Part shown: piece by piece, positions 40,736 through 51,305 of the stretch | How the letters are laid out: the number at the start of each line of letters is the position of its first letter | How positions within the stretch are numbered: position 1 is the first letter of the stretch | Virus genome (UHGV): UHGV-1374678 | Length of the DNA stretch: 64,000 nt | Direction: 5' to 3' (one strand) | Origin: a virus | Program-made: the position numbers and the translations under genes | Notes under the pieces: generated by a model | Told to the model about the DNA's origin: nothing | What the model saw: the letters and a program-made list of their open reading frames with translations, nothing else | The model's database searches: none

Positions 40736-41335
40736 TTATACGCCAAAGATATCTAAAAGTCTTTTCAACGTATATACATCAATAGTATCTGTAGAATAAT
40801 AGCTGTAACTAGAACAGCCATGATCATCACTCTGAGTTACTGTAAAACCATGCATACCGTCATCTTCATGAGCAATAGAAATGTTCATATCATCTTTATC
40901 ATCCATATGACAGTTTTCACAATCTCCATTGCATTCTACTTCATCCTCATCATCTTCGATATGGACTTCGTACATTACCGTATCTTTATCATAAGCAGAT
41001 GTAGCTTTGTGATTTACATTATCCATGAAATAAGCAATGGTAGCACCTGAGCCTGGATACTTTCCATTAACTTTTGCTCTTTCGCAATAAATCTCATTGC
41101 CAATAACAGCAATGCTAAACTCACCATTATATCCGTCAAATGCTGGATCAACAAGTTCTACCTGTGCAATTTCATAACCATAGAAGACAAGCTCTCTAAT
41201 AATCACTCTTGCCTCATCATAATTAGCAACAATTTCTGCATATGTATAAGTATCTCTAAGGTCATTCACAATATCATTATAGATTTCACAGAATTCTTCT
41301 ACGCAACACACATCAATTTTCTTCAATAAAAGCAC
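40736..41335 (-). CDS. hypothetical acidic protein
   Basis: ORF. Confidence 0.45.
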   Translation of the reverse strand: MLLLKKIDVCCVEEFCEIYNDIVNDLRDTYTYAEIVANYDEARVIIRELVFYGYEIAQVELVDPAFDGYNGEFSIAVIGNEIYCERAKVNGKYPGSGATIAYFMDNVNHKATSAYDKDTVMYEVHIEDDEDEVECNGDCENCHMDDKDDMNISIAHEDDGMHGFTVTQSDDHGCSSYSYYSTDTIDVYTLKRLLDIFGV

Positions 41336-41346
41336 ATCCCTTCAAA

Positions 41347-41628
41347 TTATGAATTCTTAATTGCTTCTTTGAATGCTTTGCCTGCTTTAAATTTTGGAAT
41401 CTTAGAAGCTGGAATGCTAATTTCCTCGCCTGTCTGTGGGTTTCTACCGACACGAGCAGCTCTTTCTGTCGTCTCAAAACTACCAAATCCAACAAAAGAT
41501 ACCTTCTCTCCTGCGACGAGTGCGTCTGTCAGAACTTTCTGTGCCGCATCAAGAATTTCTGCAACTTCTTTCTGTGTATAATTCTCTACATTCTTTGTAA
41601 TTTCTCTAATAAAACTTGTCTTATTCAT
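41347..41628 (-). CDS. hup: HU-family DNA-binding protein
   Basis: FVGFGSFETTERAARVGRNPQTGEEI; start moved to the internal Met, giving a 93-aa product. Confidence 0.75.
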   Translation of the reverse strand: MNKTSFIREITKNVENYTQKEVAEILDAAQKVLTDALVAGEKVSFVGFGSFETTERAARVGRNPQTGEEISIPASKIPKFKAGKAFKEAIKNS

Positions 41629-41664
41629 TTTAAAAATCTCCTTTTTCTCATATAATTTCATAAC

Positions 41665-42127
41665 AAAAGAGGGTAGCAGCTACGAAGAGTCTACTCCCTC
41701 ATTTTCGGCTTCGTCAGCCAAATAATACATGTCCCGTCCTGAGATCATGTTCCTTTGTCTTTATATATAGCTGCCCACTCCAATAATCGTACACGATCGA
41801 GAGTTTGATGGGGTAGAAGTGAGCAGTTAGTTGCTTAATCTAAAATTTTATGGTACTATATAAATCGTAGGAATTCTCCTACATTCAGGTCATCAGTTTT
41901 TCCAAAGATTTTAAATCTACCGGAAAGGCAGGTGATTACATATGGCTAGTTTTTACTCTCTGACACTCCAACGGCTAAAGATCGTTGGGTTCTCATATAC
42001 ATGAACTTCCAAATATACTCGAAAGCATATAAGACTAATTCATTTCTATGAGACTTTCATTATCAATCACTCCAATGAGTGAATTAGCGATAGCATACGG
42101 CTCATGTCAAAACCGTTTTATAAAATT
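41665..42127 (-). ncRNA. candidate TnpB-associated omega-RNA / right-end region
   Basis: 468-nt ORF-free, relatively GC-rich, hairpin-rich segment immediately 3' of tnpB; carries the catcaaactctcg motif shared with the repeated elements. Confidence 0.3.
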
Positions 42128-43612
42128 TTAAATTCCCATACTACTTAAAGTATCTATACTGCTTAATCTCTGTATCTCTATATCATGCAGCTTTTTAAAG
42201 TTATCAAATCTATCATTGCATTTTTTTATATCGAAACTCTTTAAATCATCTGAAATATTCATTATTAGAAAAGCACTATATAAATCTCTTTGAATCTTTA
42301 CATCGTTTAAATCATTCCATCTCTGTGACAGGGATTTCTTGTGATATTCTCCTGTCATATGATTGAATTGACTCGCTTTTGCACTAAATGTATCAATCTC
42401 GATGAGCTTTTCTCCAAAATAACCTAACTTCCTATTTATAATAGTTAACAACATGCTTGGCGCTTTATTTGCTAAAGATTTACCAAAACGTTTCTTTCTT
42501 TTAAATCTTCCTTTATCATTTTTCTCGGTATTTTTAGCACGTTTTTGAAGTCCCGCAAAATTCATTTTTTCAACATATATTTTGTTTCCAAGGGATACAA
42601 TATAATTTGACAGACATTCGTGTTGATATTTCCGTACATCTGCTTGTTTTCTATATAATTCCTTCAGTTGATTTTGATATTTTACATAATGATTTGATTT
42701 ATTCCAAAAAACTTTTTTACTTCCTTGTTTTCTGACTGTTCCATCTTCATTATAATTTTCCAAATTGGTAGCTCGTCTACTGCGATCCATTTTTCTCAAT
42801 AAACGATGCTTTTCATCTTCAATATTCTGCACTTTATCAGCAAGAATAAGAAGTTTAACATCTGTATTGCTAGAAATTGCAATGGTGGAAGTGCCAATGT
42901 CTAAACCAACATCACCTTCACCTAAAAAGTGTTTGATTTTGCCGGTTTCTTTATTAAATTTTATTGGTTGAGTTCCCTTAAAAACTACTTGGACATAGAA
43001 TTTATATTTGTTACGAACAAATTTTCTAACGATGCGACAATAAGAAATTTCAGATTGCATTGCCTGGTATTCATACGGATTGTTCCAGTCAATAACAACT
43101 GGAATATTTAATCCGTTCCATATCAGATGTTCATTTACAAAACGAATACCAGTATAATTAGATTTTCCTTCTAATGAATTCATATCTCCGTATTTCTTAT
43201 AATAAACTCGTTTACCATTTCCATAAAATAGCTTATCATAAGACTTCCAGAGAGTAGTAGCAATCTTCTGAGCAGTAAAAGAATCAATATTTTTCTTAAA
43301 ATGTTTTTGCATTTCTTTTACATCGGCGTGAAGTGAATATTCGGTCAAACCGTATTCTTTTCGCATCTGACCAATATGTTTCCAAATCGGTTTATCAGAT
43401 TTTTTATTTCCAGTTAACATTGACATTAGACTTCTATATTTCTTCGTTTTAATCATTTCTTTGTATCTCTTTTGAGAAACGGTCACTAAAGAATTATAAA
43501 TTTTTCTTCCAATTTCAAAACGTTTATTCAAAATATCTTCTTGATATTTTTCTGTTCTTAATGGAAACTGAACTACGAAATTTGCCATAATATTCACCTT
43601 TCTGTTTGACAT
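42128..43612 (-). CDS. tnpB: TnpB-like RNA-guided nuclease (IS605 OrfB family, zinc-finger-less variant)
   Basis: RuvC-I GLDIGTSTIAISSN, RuvC-II IYVEKMNFAGLQ, C-terminal RDLYSAFLI; no CxxC pairs. Confidence 0.6.
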   Translation of the reverse strand: MSNRKVNIMANFVVQFPLRTEKYQEDILNKRFEIGRKIYNSLVTVSQKRYKEMIKTKKYRSLMSMLTGNKKSDKPIWKHIGQMRKEYGLTEYSLHADVKEMQKHFKKNIDSFTAQKIATTLWKSYDKLFYGNGKRVYYKKYGDMNSLEGKSNYTGIRFVNEHLIWNGLNIPVVIDWNNPYEYQAMQSEISYCRIVRKFVRNKYKFYVQVVFKGTQPIKFNKETGKIKHFLGEGDVGLDIGTSTIAISSNTDVKLLILADKVQNIEDEKHRLLRKMDRSRRATNLENYNEDGTVRKQGSKKVFWNKSNHYVKYQNQLKELYRKQADVRKYQHECLSNYIVSLGNKIYVEKMNFAGLQKRAKNTEKNDKGRFKRKKRFGKSLANKAPSMLLTIINRKLGYFGEKLIEIDTFSAKASQFNHMTGEYHKKSLSQRWNDLNDVKIQRDLYSAFLIMNISDDLKSFDIKKCNDRFDNFKKLHDIEIQRLSSIDTLSSMGI

Positions 43613-43771
43613 CTTTTCTTTTTATTCTCCACATTCTCCTTGATTGTTTCGCTACAAATATTACCAGCAGTTGAAACAAAATATCAATATGTACATTTAT
43701 TTAATTATTTTTTTTGTTATCTATCTCACACCTAAAGGAGTGGCTTTTCGCTTTATTTGTTATAAAAACAC

Positions 43772-43910
43772 CTGTGTACGTTCATGCGTACTGGCGTTTC
43801 CGTCTTGGTAGATGGGAACATGTCCGGGCGCATTGGAGAGCACTCCCACGCTGCTAAAAGCAAATGTGCTCCTTGCAACGCCCAGATGGGATCAACTCTC
43901 GTTGAATTTC
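43772..43910 (+). repeat. GC-rich structured element, copy B (5' flank of tnpB)
   Basis: gtgtacgttcatgcgtactggcgtttccgtcttggtagatgggaacatgtccgggcg...atcaactctcgttgaa. Confidence 0.5.
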
Positions 43911-43939
43911 AATTCTAGGTAACTGATGACCATTATCAT

Positions 43940-45178
43940 TTAAATAATATCAAGAGGAATATTATATGTTGCCTCTCTTCCATAAACATCATTAAAAATC
44001 ATAAGTGTTTGTCCTGGACGAGAATATAATCTTCCGTTATTTGAATACTCATCTGCTCCACACAATGAACGGACAAGAATACTTTCAATATCAAATTTTT
44101 CAAATTCTTCTAGGTGGTGCTTATCACCAGAAATTGTGTAATCTATAGTTTCACCAAATTTTCTGCTGAATAATGTATTAATTGTTACACCAATGTTCTT
44201 AAAATCTCTCTCAAGATCACCATGTACACAACAAATATTTTTCCCAAGCACATTTAATTTTGTAAATTCTTTGTATTCAGAATACGCTACTTCAATTTTT
44301 TTATTGTTCTGCAATCTCTGTTCAATCCACCAAGGAACGATACGCTCCATATTATCTGAATGAATCGATTCGTTTTTGTTCTGAATTGTTTTCATATGAT
44401 TTCCATAACAGGAATATAAAGTAATGTGATTCACGACTTTCGATAAGTCATTTAATGCCTCTGCCATAATTTCAGACACATGCATTAACTGATCACATGT
44501 ATTTTCTTCAGATTGTACTCTACATGTAGAATGAATCGATCCGTGTGCGGAATCTCCAAGCATTACAACATCAAGTACATCAATATTATTTAATTTAATA
44601 AATTCTTTTGATATTTCAACAAAAGTCTTTACCCTTTTTTTGCATATTTCAGTATTAAATTTATTCCAAATGTTATCTGTAATCATTCCATAATGCCAAT
44701 CAGACCAAAACATAACAGCTTCTTTATGTATGTTCGATGGAAACCATTTTTCATTAAATATCAAAGGTTTTTCCTGATTTAATCTATTCGCAGATTCAAC
44801 TAACTTATCCATTAAATGTTCTGATCTAGCATTAAAAGTAAGTTCTCTATTGTACAATCTTCTTTGATCGGACAGGAGTTTTCTTTCTTTAAAAATTTCT
44901 TCCTTTTCTAAACGAAGAGCATTTAAGTAGTCATCTTCGTTATTTGTTTGACTTTCTTTCCATTTATAATATTCTGATACAAACACTGATCCAATTAAAG
45001 GCGGTTGCGTTCCTTTTCTGATTGTATCAGGATTAAATTTTAATCCGTATCTATCACAAATTTCAGACCAATCATCATCAGAAATTTTCTGAATCTTATT
45101 TGAACAATCCTTCAAAAGCTGTTCATATCTTTCTTGAGTTAGATTATATTTTGCTAATTCTTCTTCGAAATTAAACAA
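43940..45178 (-). CDS. calcineurin-like metallophosphoesterase
   Basis: VVMLGDSAHG, YGNHM and CVHGD motifs. Confidence 0.6.
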   Translation of the reverse strand: MFNFEEELAKYNLTQERYEQLLKDCSNKIQKISDDDWSEICDRYGLKFNPDTIRKGTQPPLIGSVFVSEYYKWKESQTNNEDDYLNALRLEKEEIFKERKLLSDQRRLYNRELTFNARSEHLMDKLVESANRLNQEKPLIFNEKWFPSNIHKEAVMFWSDWHYGMITDNIWNKFNTEICKKRVKTFVEISKEFIKLNNIDVLDVVMLGDSAHGSIHSTCRVQSEENTCDQLMHVSEIMAEALNDLSKVVNHITLYSCYGNHMKTIQNKNESIHSDNMERIVPWWIEQRLQNNKKIEVAYSEYKEFTKLNVLGKNICCVHGDLERDFKNIGVTINTLFSRKFGETIDYTISGDKHHLEEFEKFDIESILVRSLCGADEYSNNGRLYSRPGQTLMIFNDVYGREATYNIPLDII

Positions 45179-45197
45179 TCATTCACCAACTCTCTAA

Positions 45198-45425
45198 TTA
45201 CTCTTCAGAATCCGGAAGATCAAGTTCCTCATCAGTCTTAAGAGCAACAGTAAAATCAATTACCTGATTCTTAAATGCTGCTAACAAGTCACATACTTTT
45301 ACTTCCTGTTCAACATCATTCTTGTCTGTATATGTAATAGTAAGACAATCTTCAGAAAGAACTCCACTCTTTACCGTAAGTTTGTCAGTTGTTGTTCTCA
45401 TAAAATTTAATTTAGATTTTGCCAT
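45198..45425 (-). CDS. hypothetical small protein
   Basis: ORF. Confidence 0.4.
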   Translation of the reverse strand: MAKSKLNFMRTTTDKLTVKSGVLSEDCLTITYTDKNDVEQEVKVCDLLAAFKNQVIDFTVALKTDEELDLPDSEE

Positions 45426-45492
45426 TTCCTTTTTTCTCCTTCTATATCAACTAATTTTCCGTATAAAAATAGGAGAGTAGTGTATACTCTCC

Positions 45493-46110
45493 TTAAATAA
45501 TTTCGTCTAAATCACAATCTTCTCCGACAATATAATCACAGATAGAATGTTCTTTTGCCTCATGTGGTAGCATGTACCATTCTACTCTGTATTTATCATC
45601 ATAGAATTTATCATCAATAGATGTACAACTAAGTACAAACTGCTTGGTATGTTGTTCAAGCTGACCTGTTTCATACTCAATTCTATCTCTAAGTTTTGAC
45701 GCACTTTCAAATCCGATTCCATTTGATCCGTCGTGCATGAGGAAGGTTGAGTGCAACATGCTAAACCTCTTGTTTCCAGCTAAGAAAATTAAGAATGCCA
45801 TTGATGCACACATTCCCTGATTTACTGTATAAATAGGTGTTTTGCTACACTGCATAGCTGAAATCAAAGCGTATCCAGAATAAACAGAGCCACCCGGACT
45901 ATTTATATAAAGAATAATCGGTTTTCTGTCTTTTGCATCAATTCCTTTATCTTCTCTGTTATAATTCATAATGTGAAATACAATTGTATCAATTACTTCA
46001 TCATCAATTTCACTATTGATATAAAGTCTTCTTTCTTTAAGCTCATTAATTTCATACATTTCACTATAATGCATGTTAATTGTGCTTTTAATATCTTTTA
46101 AATTCATCAT
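45493..46110 (-). CDS. ClpP-family serine protease
   Basis: YINSPGGSV, GMCASMAFLI (catalytic Ser), FLMHDG (His). Confidence 0.65.
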   Translation of the reverse strand: MMNLKDIKSTINMHYSEMYEINELKERRLYINSEIDDEVIDTIVFHIMNYNREDKGIDAKDRKPIILYINSPGGSVYSGYALISAMQCSKTPIYTVNQGMCASMAFLIFLAGNKRFSMLHSTFLMHDGSNGIGFESASKLRDRIEYETGQLEQHTKQFVLSCTSIDDKFYDDKYRVEWYMLPHEAKEHSICDYIVGEDCDLDEII

Positions 46111-46154
46111 GGGCGTTACCCCTTGCTTTCATAATATTTTTCTCTTGTGAGAAA

Positions 46155-47075
46155 TTAAACTTTATTATATTTGATAATATAAGATGAAAATTCTAAATCA
46201 TTAATTATATCATCGTCAAAAATTAATCTATAATCTAATAGATCAGCCATTTTTTGAGTCTCAGTTCTTGAGTCTTCCATACTGTTCCATTTCATCATAC
46301 CCAATGATTTTTGATATTTTCTTTCTAAATAAATAGTTTTATTTTTATAAATATAATTATGGAAAACTTCTGCTGATTTTTTTGAAAACGTTTTTAATTC
46401 AAAACATTTTTTATGATCAAATGAAACAATTTTATAAGATGGAATATTTGCTTCTTTTGCAATAAATTCTAATATCTCTTTCGTTCCTAAGATACTATAG
46501 CTATATGTGTAATTATGTGGATAAAAACAAACACATCCATCACCATCAAAATATCCACGAATAAAATGACTAAGTAATTCTTTTGGAATTGTCGTTGGTG
46601 GTTGTAATATTAATGATTTGTTTTCAAAACATCCGTGAGATATCAAATCATTAACCATTTTTATTGATGATACATATGCTCGATATGCATAGTATTCTTT
46701 TTCATTTAACTTAACAACTTTATTCGAAATTGGAGCAGTTGATTCTATATCATCTAAAAAATTTTGAATATGATATTTGTCTCTTTCTTGCAAACACAAC
46801 TCAACCGATCCGCCTTTTTCATGTCCACTTTTATCATGTTTTTTGCAAACATAGCCATCTGCATACAAAAAACCTAACCAATAAGCCTTTTCTTCCGTAT
46901 CAATAATTTTAAAAAAGTTTTCATTAACTTTATTTTTTCTTGACGCAGACAAATAATCATGATTTTTTAATTTGTTATGTGGTCTAACACCATATCCGAG
47001 CGTCTTTAAATATTTCGATACTTTATCAGCTTTTGTATTAATTGCTTTTGCAATAACACTATATGTTTCTGCCAC
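46155..47075 (-). CDS. LAGLIDADG homing endonuclease (double-motif)
   Basis: WLGFLYADGYV and IRGYFDGDGCV. Confidence 0.8.
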   Translation of the reverse strand: MAETYSVIAKAINTKADKVSKYLKTLGYGVRPHNKLKNHDYLSASRKNKVNENFFKIIDTEEKAYWLGFLYADGYVCKKHDKSGHEKGGSVELCLQERDKYHIQNFLDDIESTAPISNKVVKLNEKEYYAYRAYVSSIKMVNDLISHGCFENKSLILQPPTTIPKELLSHFIRGYFDGDGCVCFYPHNYTYSYSILGTKEILEFIAKEANIPSYKIVSFDHKKCFELKTFSKKSAEVFHNYIYKNKTIYLERKYQKSLGMMKWNSMEDSRTETQKMADLLDYRLIFDDDIINDLEFSSYIIKYNKV

Positions 47076-47255
47076 TCAAAATGTGTTGAAATATACTCAA
47101 ACACATCGAGAAATTGAAGTCCTTGCGGATACTTCTTACTGCTTCAATGTGTATGCTTTGGCGATTATAAACAATACGCTACTCACAAGTTCTTGTACAC
47201 TCCACAGTCGTAAATTCCTGCGATAGCCCGCAGTACATACTTACGTTTGCTTTCA

Positions 47256-48416
47256 TTATGCAACTTCGTAAGTTAAAGCATCTCTTAGATTAAGAGCAGC
47301 ATTAAAATCCCTATCCTCAACATAGCCACAATCACAACAGTATATTCTATCTGAAAGCTTCAAATCTTTCTTGATAGCACCACAACAGTGACATATTTTG
47401 GATGATGGATACCATCTGTCTACGACTCTTAATTCAATACCATTTTCATCACACTTAGCTTTAAGCTTAGTTCTGAATTCATAGAACTTTTGTGATGCAA
47501 CGGCTTTTGATAGATGTCTGTTCTTCATCATTCCTGATACATTCAAATCTTCAATCGTTATATAAGATGGCTTGGTTTTCACTATCTCGGCTATTGATTT
47601 ATTGATATAATCAGTACGGATATTATCTATTTTATGATGAAGTCTTTGCACTTTGAGCTTTTGCTTTTGTATATTTTTTTGAGTGGACTCTCCTTTCTTT
47701 AAATTCTCATACTTGCGTGAGAGACATCTTTGTTCTCTGCACAATTTCTTTTCCAATTTTTTAACTCTTGCTGACTTATTGATATTTTTATAAGTTTTAC
47801 CATTAGAAACAATCGCCAAGTCTTTCAACCCCAGATCAATTCCTATACCGTCATTGCTATTATTAGCAATCTTAGCGTCGGGAATTTCCACAAGAACTGA
47901 CACATAATATCTGCCTGCTTTGATGGATACTGTACCGCTTTTGATATTCCATCCGTCTTTAGTTGTTGGTATATAGCCTTTTTCTTTAATGCGTACCCAG
48001 CCTAAAGTGGGTATGTTCAACCTATGTCTCTCGCATCTGCAATCTTTAGGATTATTCTTTACGAAATACATTTTTACATCAGATTTACCTTTCTTTTTGA
48101 AATTAGGAAAAGCACTTTGATGTTTAAAAAATCTTGTAAATGCAGTACATCCATCTTCAATAGACTTTTTTACAGCTTTTGAATACGCTTCTTTAATCCA
48201 TACTTTTTCAGGATTATCAGGAATGTACTCATTATTGAGCCATACGCTAAAACTCTTGCCCGTCATAAACTTTTCACCTTTATCGTATAAAGCTTTGTTG
48301 TGATCAAGATAGAAGTTGTAAACATATCTACAAGTGCCGATAGTCTTGTTAATCTTGATTTTTTGCTCGACTGTCGGATTTATTTCCGTTTTGAAGCTCT
48401 TTAGCAATTTCCTCAT
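47256..48416 (-). CDS. tnpB: TnpB (IS605 OrfB family)
   Basis: GIDLGLKDLAIVSNG, ITIEDLNVSGMMKN, CHCCGAIKK..CCDCGYVEDRDFNAALNL. Confidence 0.85.
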   Translation of the reverse strand: MRKLLKSFKTEINPTVEQKIKINKTIGTCRYVYNFYLDHNKALYDKGEKFMTGKSFSVWLNNEYIPDNPEKVWIKEAYSKAVKKSIEDGCTAFTRFFKHQSAFPNFKKKGKSDVKMYFVKNNPKDCRCERHRLNIPTLGWVRIKEKGYIPTTKDGWNIKSGTVSIKAGRYYVSVLVEIPDAKIANNSNDGIGIDLGLKDLAIVSNGKTYKNINKSARVKKLEKKLCREQRCLSRKYENLKKGESTQKNIQKQKLKVQRLHHKIDNIRTDYINKSIAEIVKTKPSYITIEDLNVSGMMKNRHLSKAVASQKFYEFRTKLKAKCDENGIELRVVDRWYPSSKICHCCGAIKKDLKLSDRIYCCDCGYVEDRDFNAALNLRDALTYEVA

Positions 48417-49032
48417 CCCCTTCTATTTGTTTTTTATACTTACGAAGACCGTACAATCTACAAGAAAAAACGTGAAGTATAGATACAATATCCTGTACAA
48501 GCTCTTCTTGCGGTGATAGTTCTTCATTATTCACTACCACTATGGTTGTATTAAACTTCATACAGAATTTTTCAAACCAATCATAGCCAAATCTGACAAA
48601 TCTATCTTTATGTGTAACTATGATAGTTTTGATTTTTTGTTCCATTACTTCATCTAATAATTGATTCCACTTTTTACGATTGTAGTTAAGCCCACTTCCA
48701 TAATCTTCAATACATTGATCTACAATGATACCTTTCGCATTGCAAAACTGACGTAAAAAAGTTACTTGATTTTGTAAATCATCTTTTTGGTTTCTTGTAG
48801 ATACTCTGGCATAAATAACAATCTGACGATTATCGTTTTCAGTATTTATGCCCTTAAACTGAAGATATTGGTCATAAGTATAATAACGCCTATCAGTCGG
48901 AGTCCGATTTGCTTTCAGAATCCCCTCTCTATCCCAACGTTGTAACGTTTTGACTGAGACGCCCAATAATTCAGCAAAATCTTTTGGTTTGTAATTAGTG
49001 ATATTAGATGTGTTCATAACAATATCCTCCAT
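48349..49032 (-). CDS. tnpA: IS607-type TnpA serine recombinase with MerR-like HTH
   Basis: FAELLGVSVKTLQRWDREGIL plus IVIYARVSTRNQKDDLQNQ. Confidence 0.8.
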   Translation of the reverse strand: MEDIVMNTSNITNYKPKDFAELLGVSVKTLQRWDREGILKANRTPTDRRYYTYDQYLQFKGINTENDNRQIVIYARVSTRNQKDDLQNQVTFLRQFCNAKGIIVDQCIEDYGSGLNYNRKKWNQLLDEVMEQKIKTIIVTHKDRFVRFGYDWFEKFCMKFNTTIVVVNNEELSPQEELVQDIVSILHVFSCRLYGLRKYKKQIEGDEEIAKELQNGNKSDSRAKNQD

Positions 49033-49203
49033 GAGTATATTTTAACACATTTAATCACTATCGGCAATGATTTTGATTACTTAAAGTTTCCTCCTTCATT
49101 ATACATTTTGATCATTAACTCTGTTTCTTCTGACGTATAAATTCTTTTTTGACTCATTTGTTATCCCCTATTATTAATCCTTTCGTATTTCTATTTATTC
49201 TCC

Positions 49204-49244
49204 ATATAAAAAGACACCAAAGCTTTAAATAGTTCTGGTGTCTT
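49204..49244 (-). terminator. rho-independent terminator after phoH (9-bp stem AAGACACCA/TGGTGTCTT followed by a U-run)
   Basis: Hairpin followed by TTTTTATAT on the minus strand. Confidence 0.45.
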
Positions 49245-49385
49245 CGTATACTTATAAGTTGTTACTCCATAAATATCTTTTACAAAACAATACTTAATAC
49301 CTTTTGACAAAAGATATTTCATCTCTGGAGTATATTGTGTAGAATATTCTTTATCAAATTTTTTTATCACGCTATCTAAATCCTT

Positions 49386-50633
49386 TTATAATTTATCTAC
49401 CAATGCAGCAATTTTACTTCTCCATACATTCGGCAAATTAACATAACCAAATTCTTCTTCTCCTTTTAAAATGTCTATAACACGTTTCATGCCATTGCAA
49501 TCACCATCATAAAGATATGAATCAACTTGGCTGTTATAATCACCTTCGATTACAATTTTACATCCGCTACTTGCACGAGATAGGCATAATTTTAAAAGAT
49601 CTTTTGTTGTATTTTGACATTCTGTAATGTATAAAATTTCATTGTCTCTGACCTCCATACCTCTAACGTCAGCCATAGAGACAAGTCTAATTTTATCTTG
49701 CTGTAACAATAAATCAACAGCAAACTTGTCACCAAATTTGGTTGTTAAAATAGAACCGATTGAATTTTGCATTGCTTTTTCAGTTGCATCTCCACTGTAA
49801 AATCCCATATCAGAAGCACCTCTTGCCTTTGTTGGGTTAAACATTACGACAATACGATCATATTCTCCTGATTCAATTAAATTCATCATTGCAACAAGTG
49901 ATAATAACGATTTTCCGCTTCCTGCTTTTCCGGATAATGTTGTCATTGTATTACTTAAAATAGAATCAATTGCACATGCTTGATACGCATCCTTTGGACG
50001 TATTTTATCACCAAAAAGATGAGACCTTAGTGTTTTTGAACAAACTTTTTTATACCCATCATTGCTCCATTTAAGCATATCAACAATTTCACCATCGGAT
50101 TTGTGAATAATCAAATATTCATTAAGAAGAGAATTGTAAATATTCTCATTTGTATGCAAATAAAAATAACTCATTTCTTCATCAGAAAGAGTTACTTCTT
50201 TAAATCCTGTGTATTCGTCAAGATTTTTTACAAGATTGATATCGTTTACACCTTTTGTTGTAAGATTAAAAATCTTTTTTGAAATAAATTTACAATTAAT
50301 ATCGTCTGTACATACAATAATAGGTGCAATATTTTTATTATATAAATACGCTGATGCTAAAATAATATTATCTGGAGTTTCTTCTAATGAAAATTCATTT
50401 ATAACGTCTTTTACCTTGTCATTGTTTGGAACAACCTCATAATCTTCAAAATATTCATCTAATAAATGTGCTGCTTGACGAGCGTTATATTTTACTTCAT
50501 TATCCTTGTGTCCAGATGTTTTAATATTTTCAATTTCCTCAAGAGTCTTCTGTGAAATAACAAAAGATTCTTTAAATGCATTCTTCTTTAAATTCAGAAG
50601 AGCATTGGTATCTAGGAACAATTTGTATTCCAA
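49386..50633 (-). CDS. phoH: PIN-domain PhoH-like ATPase
   Basis: N-terminal FLDTNALLN (PIN), Walker A GKAGSGKSLLSL. Confidence 0.7.
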   Translation of the reverse strand: MEYKLFLDTNALLNLKKNAFKESFVISQKTLEEIENIKTSGHKDNEVKYNARQAAHLLDEYFEDYEVVPNNDKVKDVINEFSLEETPDNIILASAYLYNKNIAPIIVCTDDINCKFISKKIFNLTTKGVNDINLVKNLDEYTGFKEVTLSDEEMSYFYLHTNENIYNSLLNEYLIIHKSDGEIVDMLKWSNDGYKKVCSKTLRSHLFGDKIRPKDAYQACAIDSILSNTMTTLSGKAGSGKSLLSLVAMMNLIESGEYDRIVVMFNPTKARGASDMGFYSGDATEKAMQNSIGSILTTKFGDKFAVDLLLQQDKIRLVSMADVRGMEVRDNEILYITECQNTTKDLLKLCLSRASSGCKIVIEGDYNSQVDSYLYDGDCNGMKRVIDILKGEEEFGYVNLPNVWRSKIAALVDKL

Positions 50634-50902
50634 TAAAAGATACCACCTTTCCTTTATATTTCGCTATCCATTAGGCTATTTAGCGATTTTATTCTTTCGA
50701 TAATTTGCAAGCTTGTTCATATTATAGGAACTCTCGCATAGATAATATGTTCTCTTTTTACCCGTTGGAACCGTGTGTGACACACCTCCACTACCCATAC
50801 GGACTCCATGAGCAACGAGATATTCTTTTTCTGCTTTAGTAATTAATACTATAATAATACATTCCTTTCGTCATAAATTTCCCCTCAATAGGAGATAAGT
50901 AA

Positions 50903-50976
50903 TTGGAATGACACGACTCGAACGTGCGATCCCGTGAACCCAAATCACGTATTCTACCAAATTGAACTACATTCCA
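50903..50976 (-). tRNA. tRNA-Pro (anticodon TGG)
   Basis: Acceptor TGGAATG/CATTCCA (7 Watson-Crick pairs), U8 A9, D-stem GTTC/GAAT, anticodon stem CGTGA/TCACG with loop TTTGGGT, T-arm GCACG-TTCGAGT-CGTGT. Confidence 0.65.
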
Positions 50977-51305
50977 AAATATATATAAAATTATCAATTT
51001 ATACACTTTCTCATTATCCGTATGCTCTCAGCACGGTGACTAACCGATCTGCACTGAGTTATTTATATCCACAATACAGGATTTATTTTTATTCGGGGGT
51101 AGATAATATTACGTCTACCCCTAGTATACATTTTTAAACTTGCAAGCCCTTACTTATTACACGCATATGGCACAAGCGTGAGAGGCTACTAGCACAACTC
51201 TGTACGTTCTCCCTCCATATAACACCCATTGTGCATGTCCAAAAAATCCCTATTTTACAGACTTTTTCGGCATTGTGAACAAAATAATCGTGCATTTTTA
51301 GTGCA

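Larger units (their letters stand above)
41690..43930 (-). mobile_element. TnpB-only IS200/IS605-like element (approximate bounds)
   Basis: TnpB ORF flanked by related structured sequences at 43772..43910 and 41797..41813. Confidence 0.4.
47090..49090 (-). mobile_element. IS607-family insertion sequence (tnpA serine recombinase plus tnpB); approximate bounds
   Basis: Overlapping tnpA/tnpB pair. Confidence 0.6.

Noticed and set aside
45493-47075. LAGLIDADG gene residing in a group I intron splitting clpP
   Set aside because: The ClpP-like ORF is full length (205 aa) with Ser and His motifs intact.
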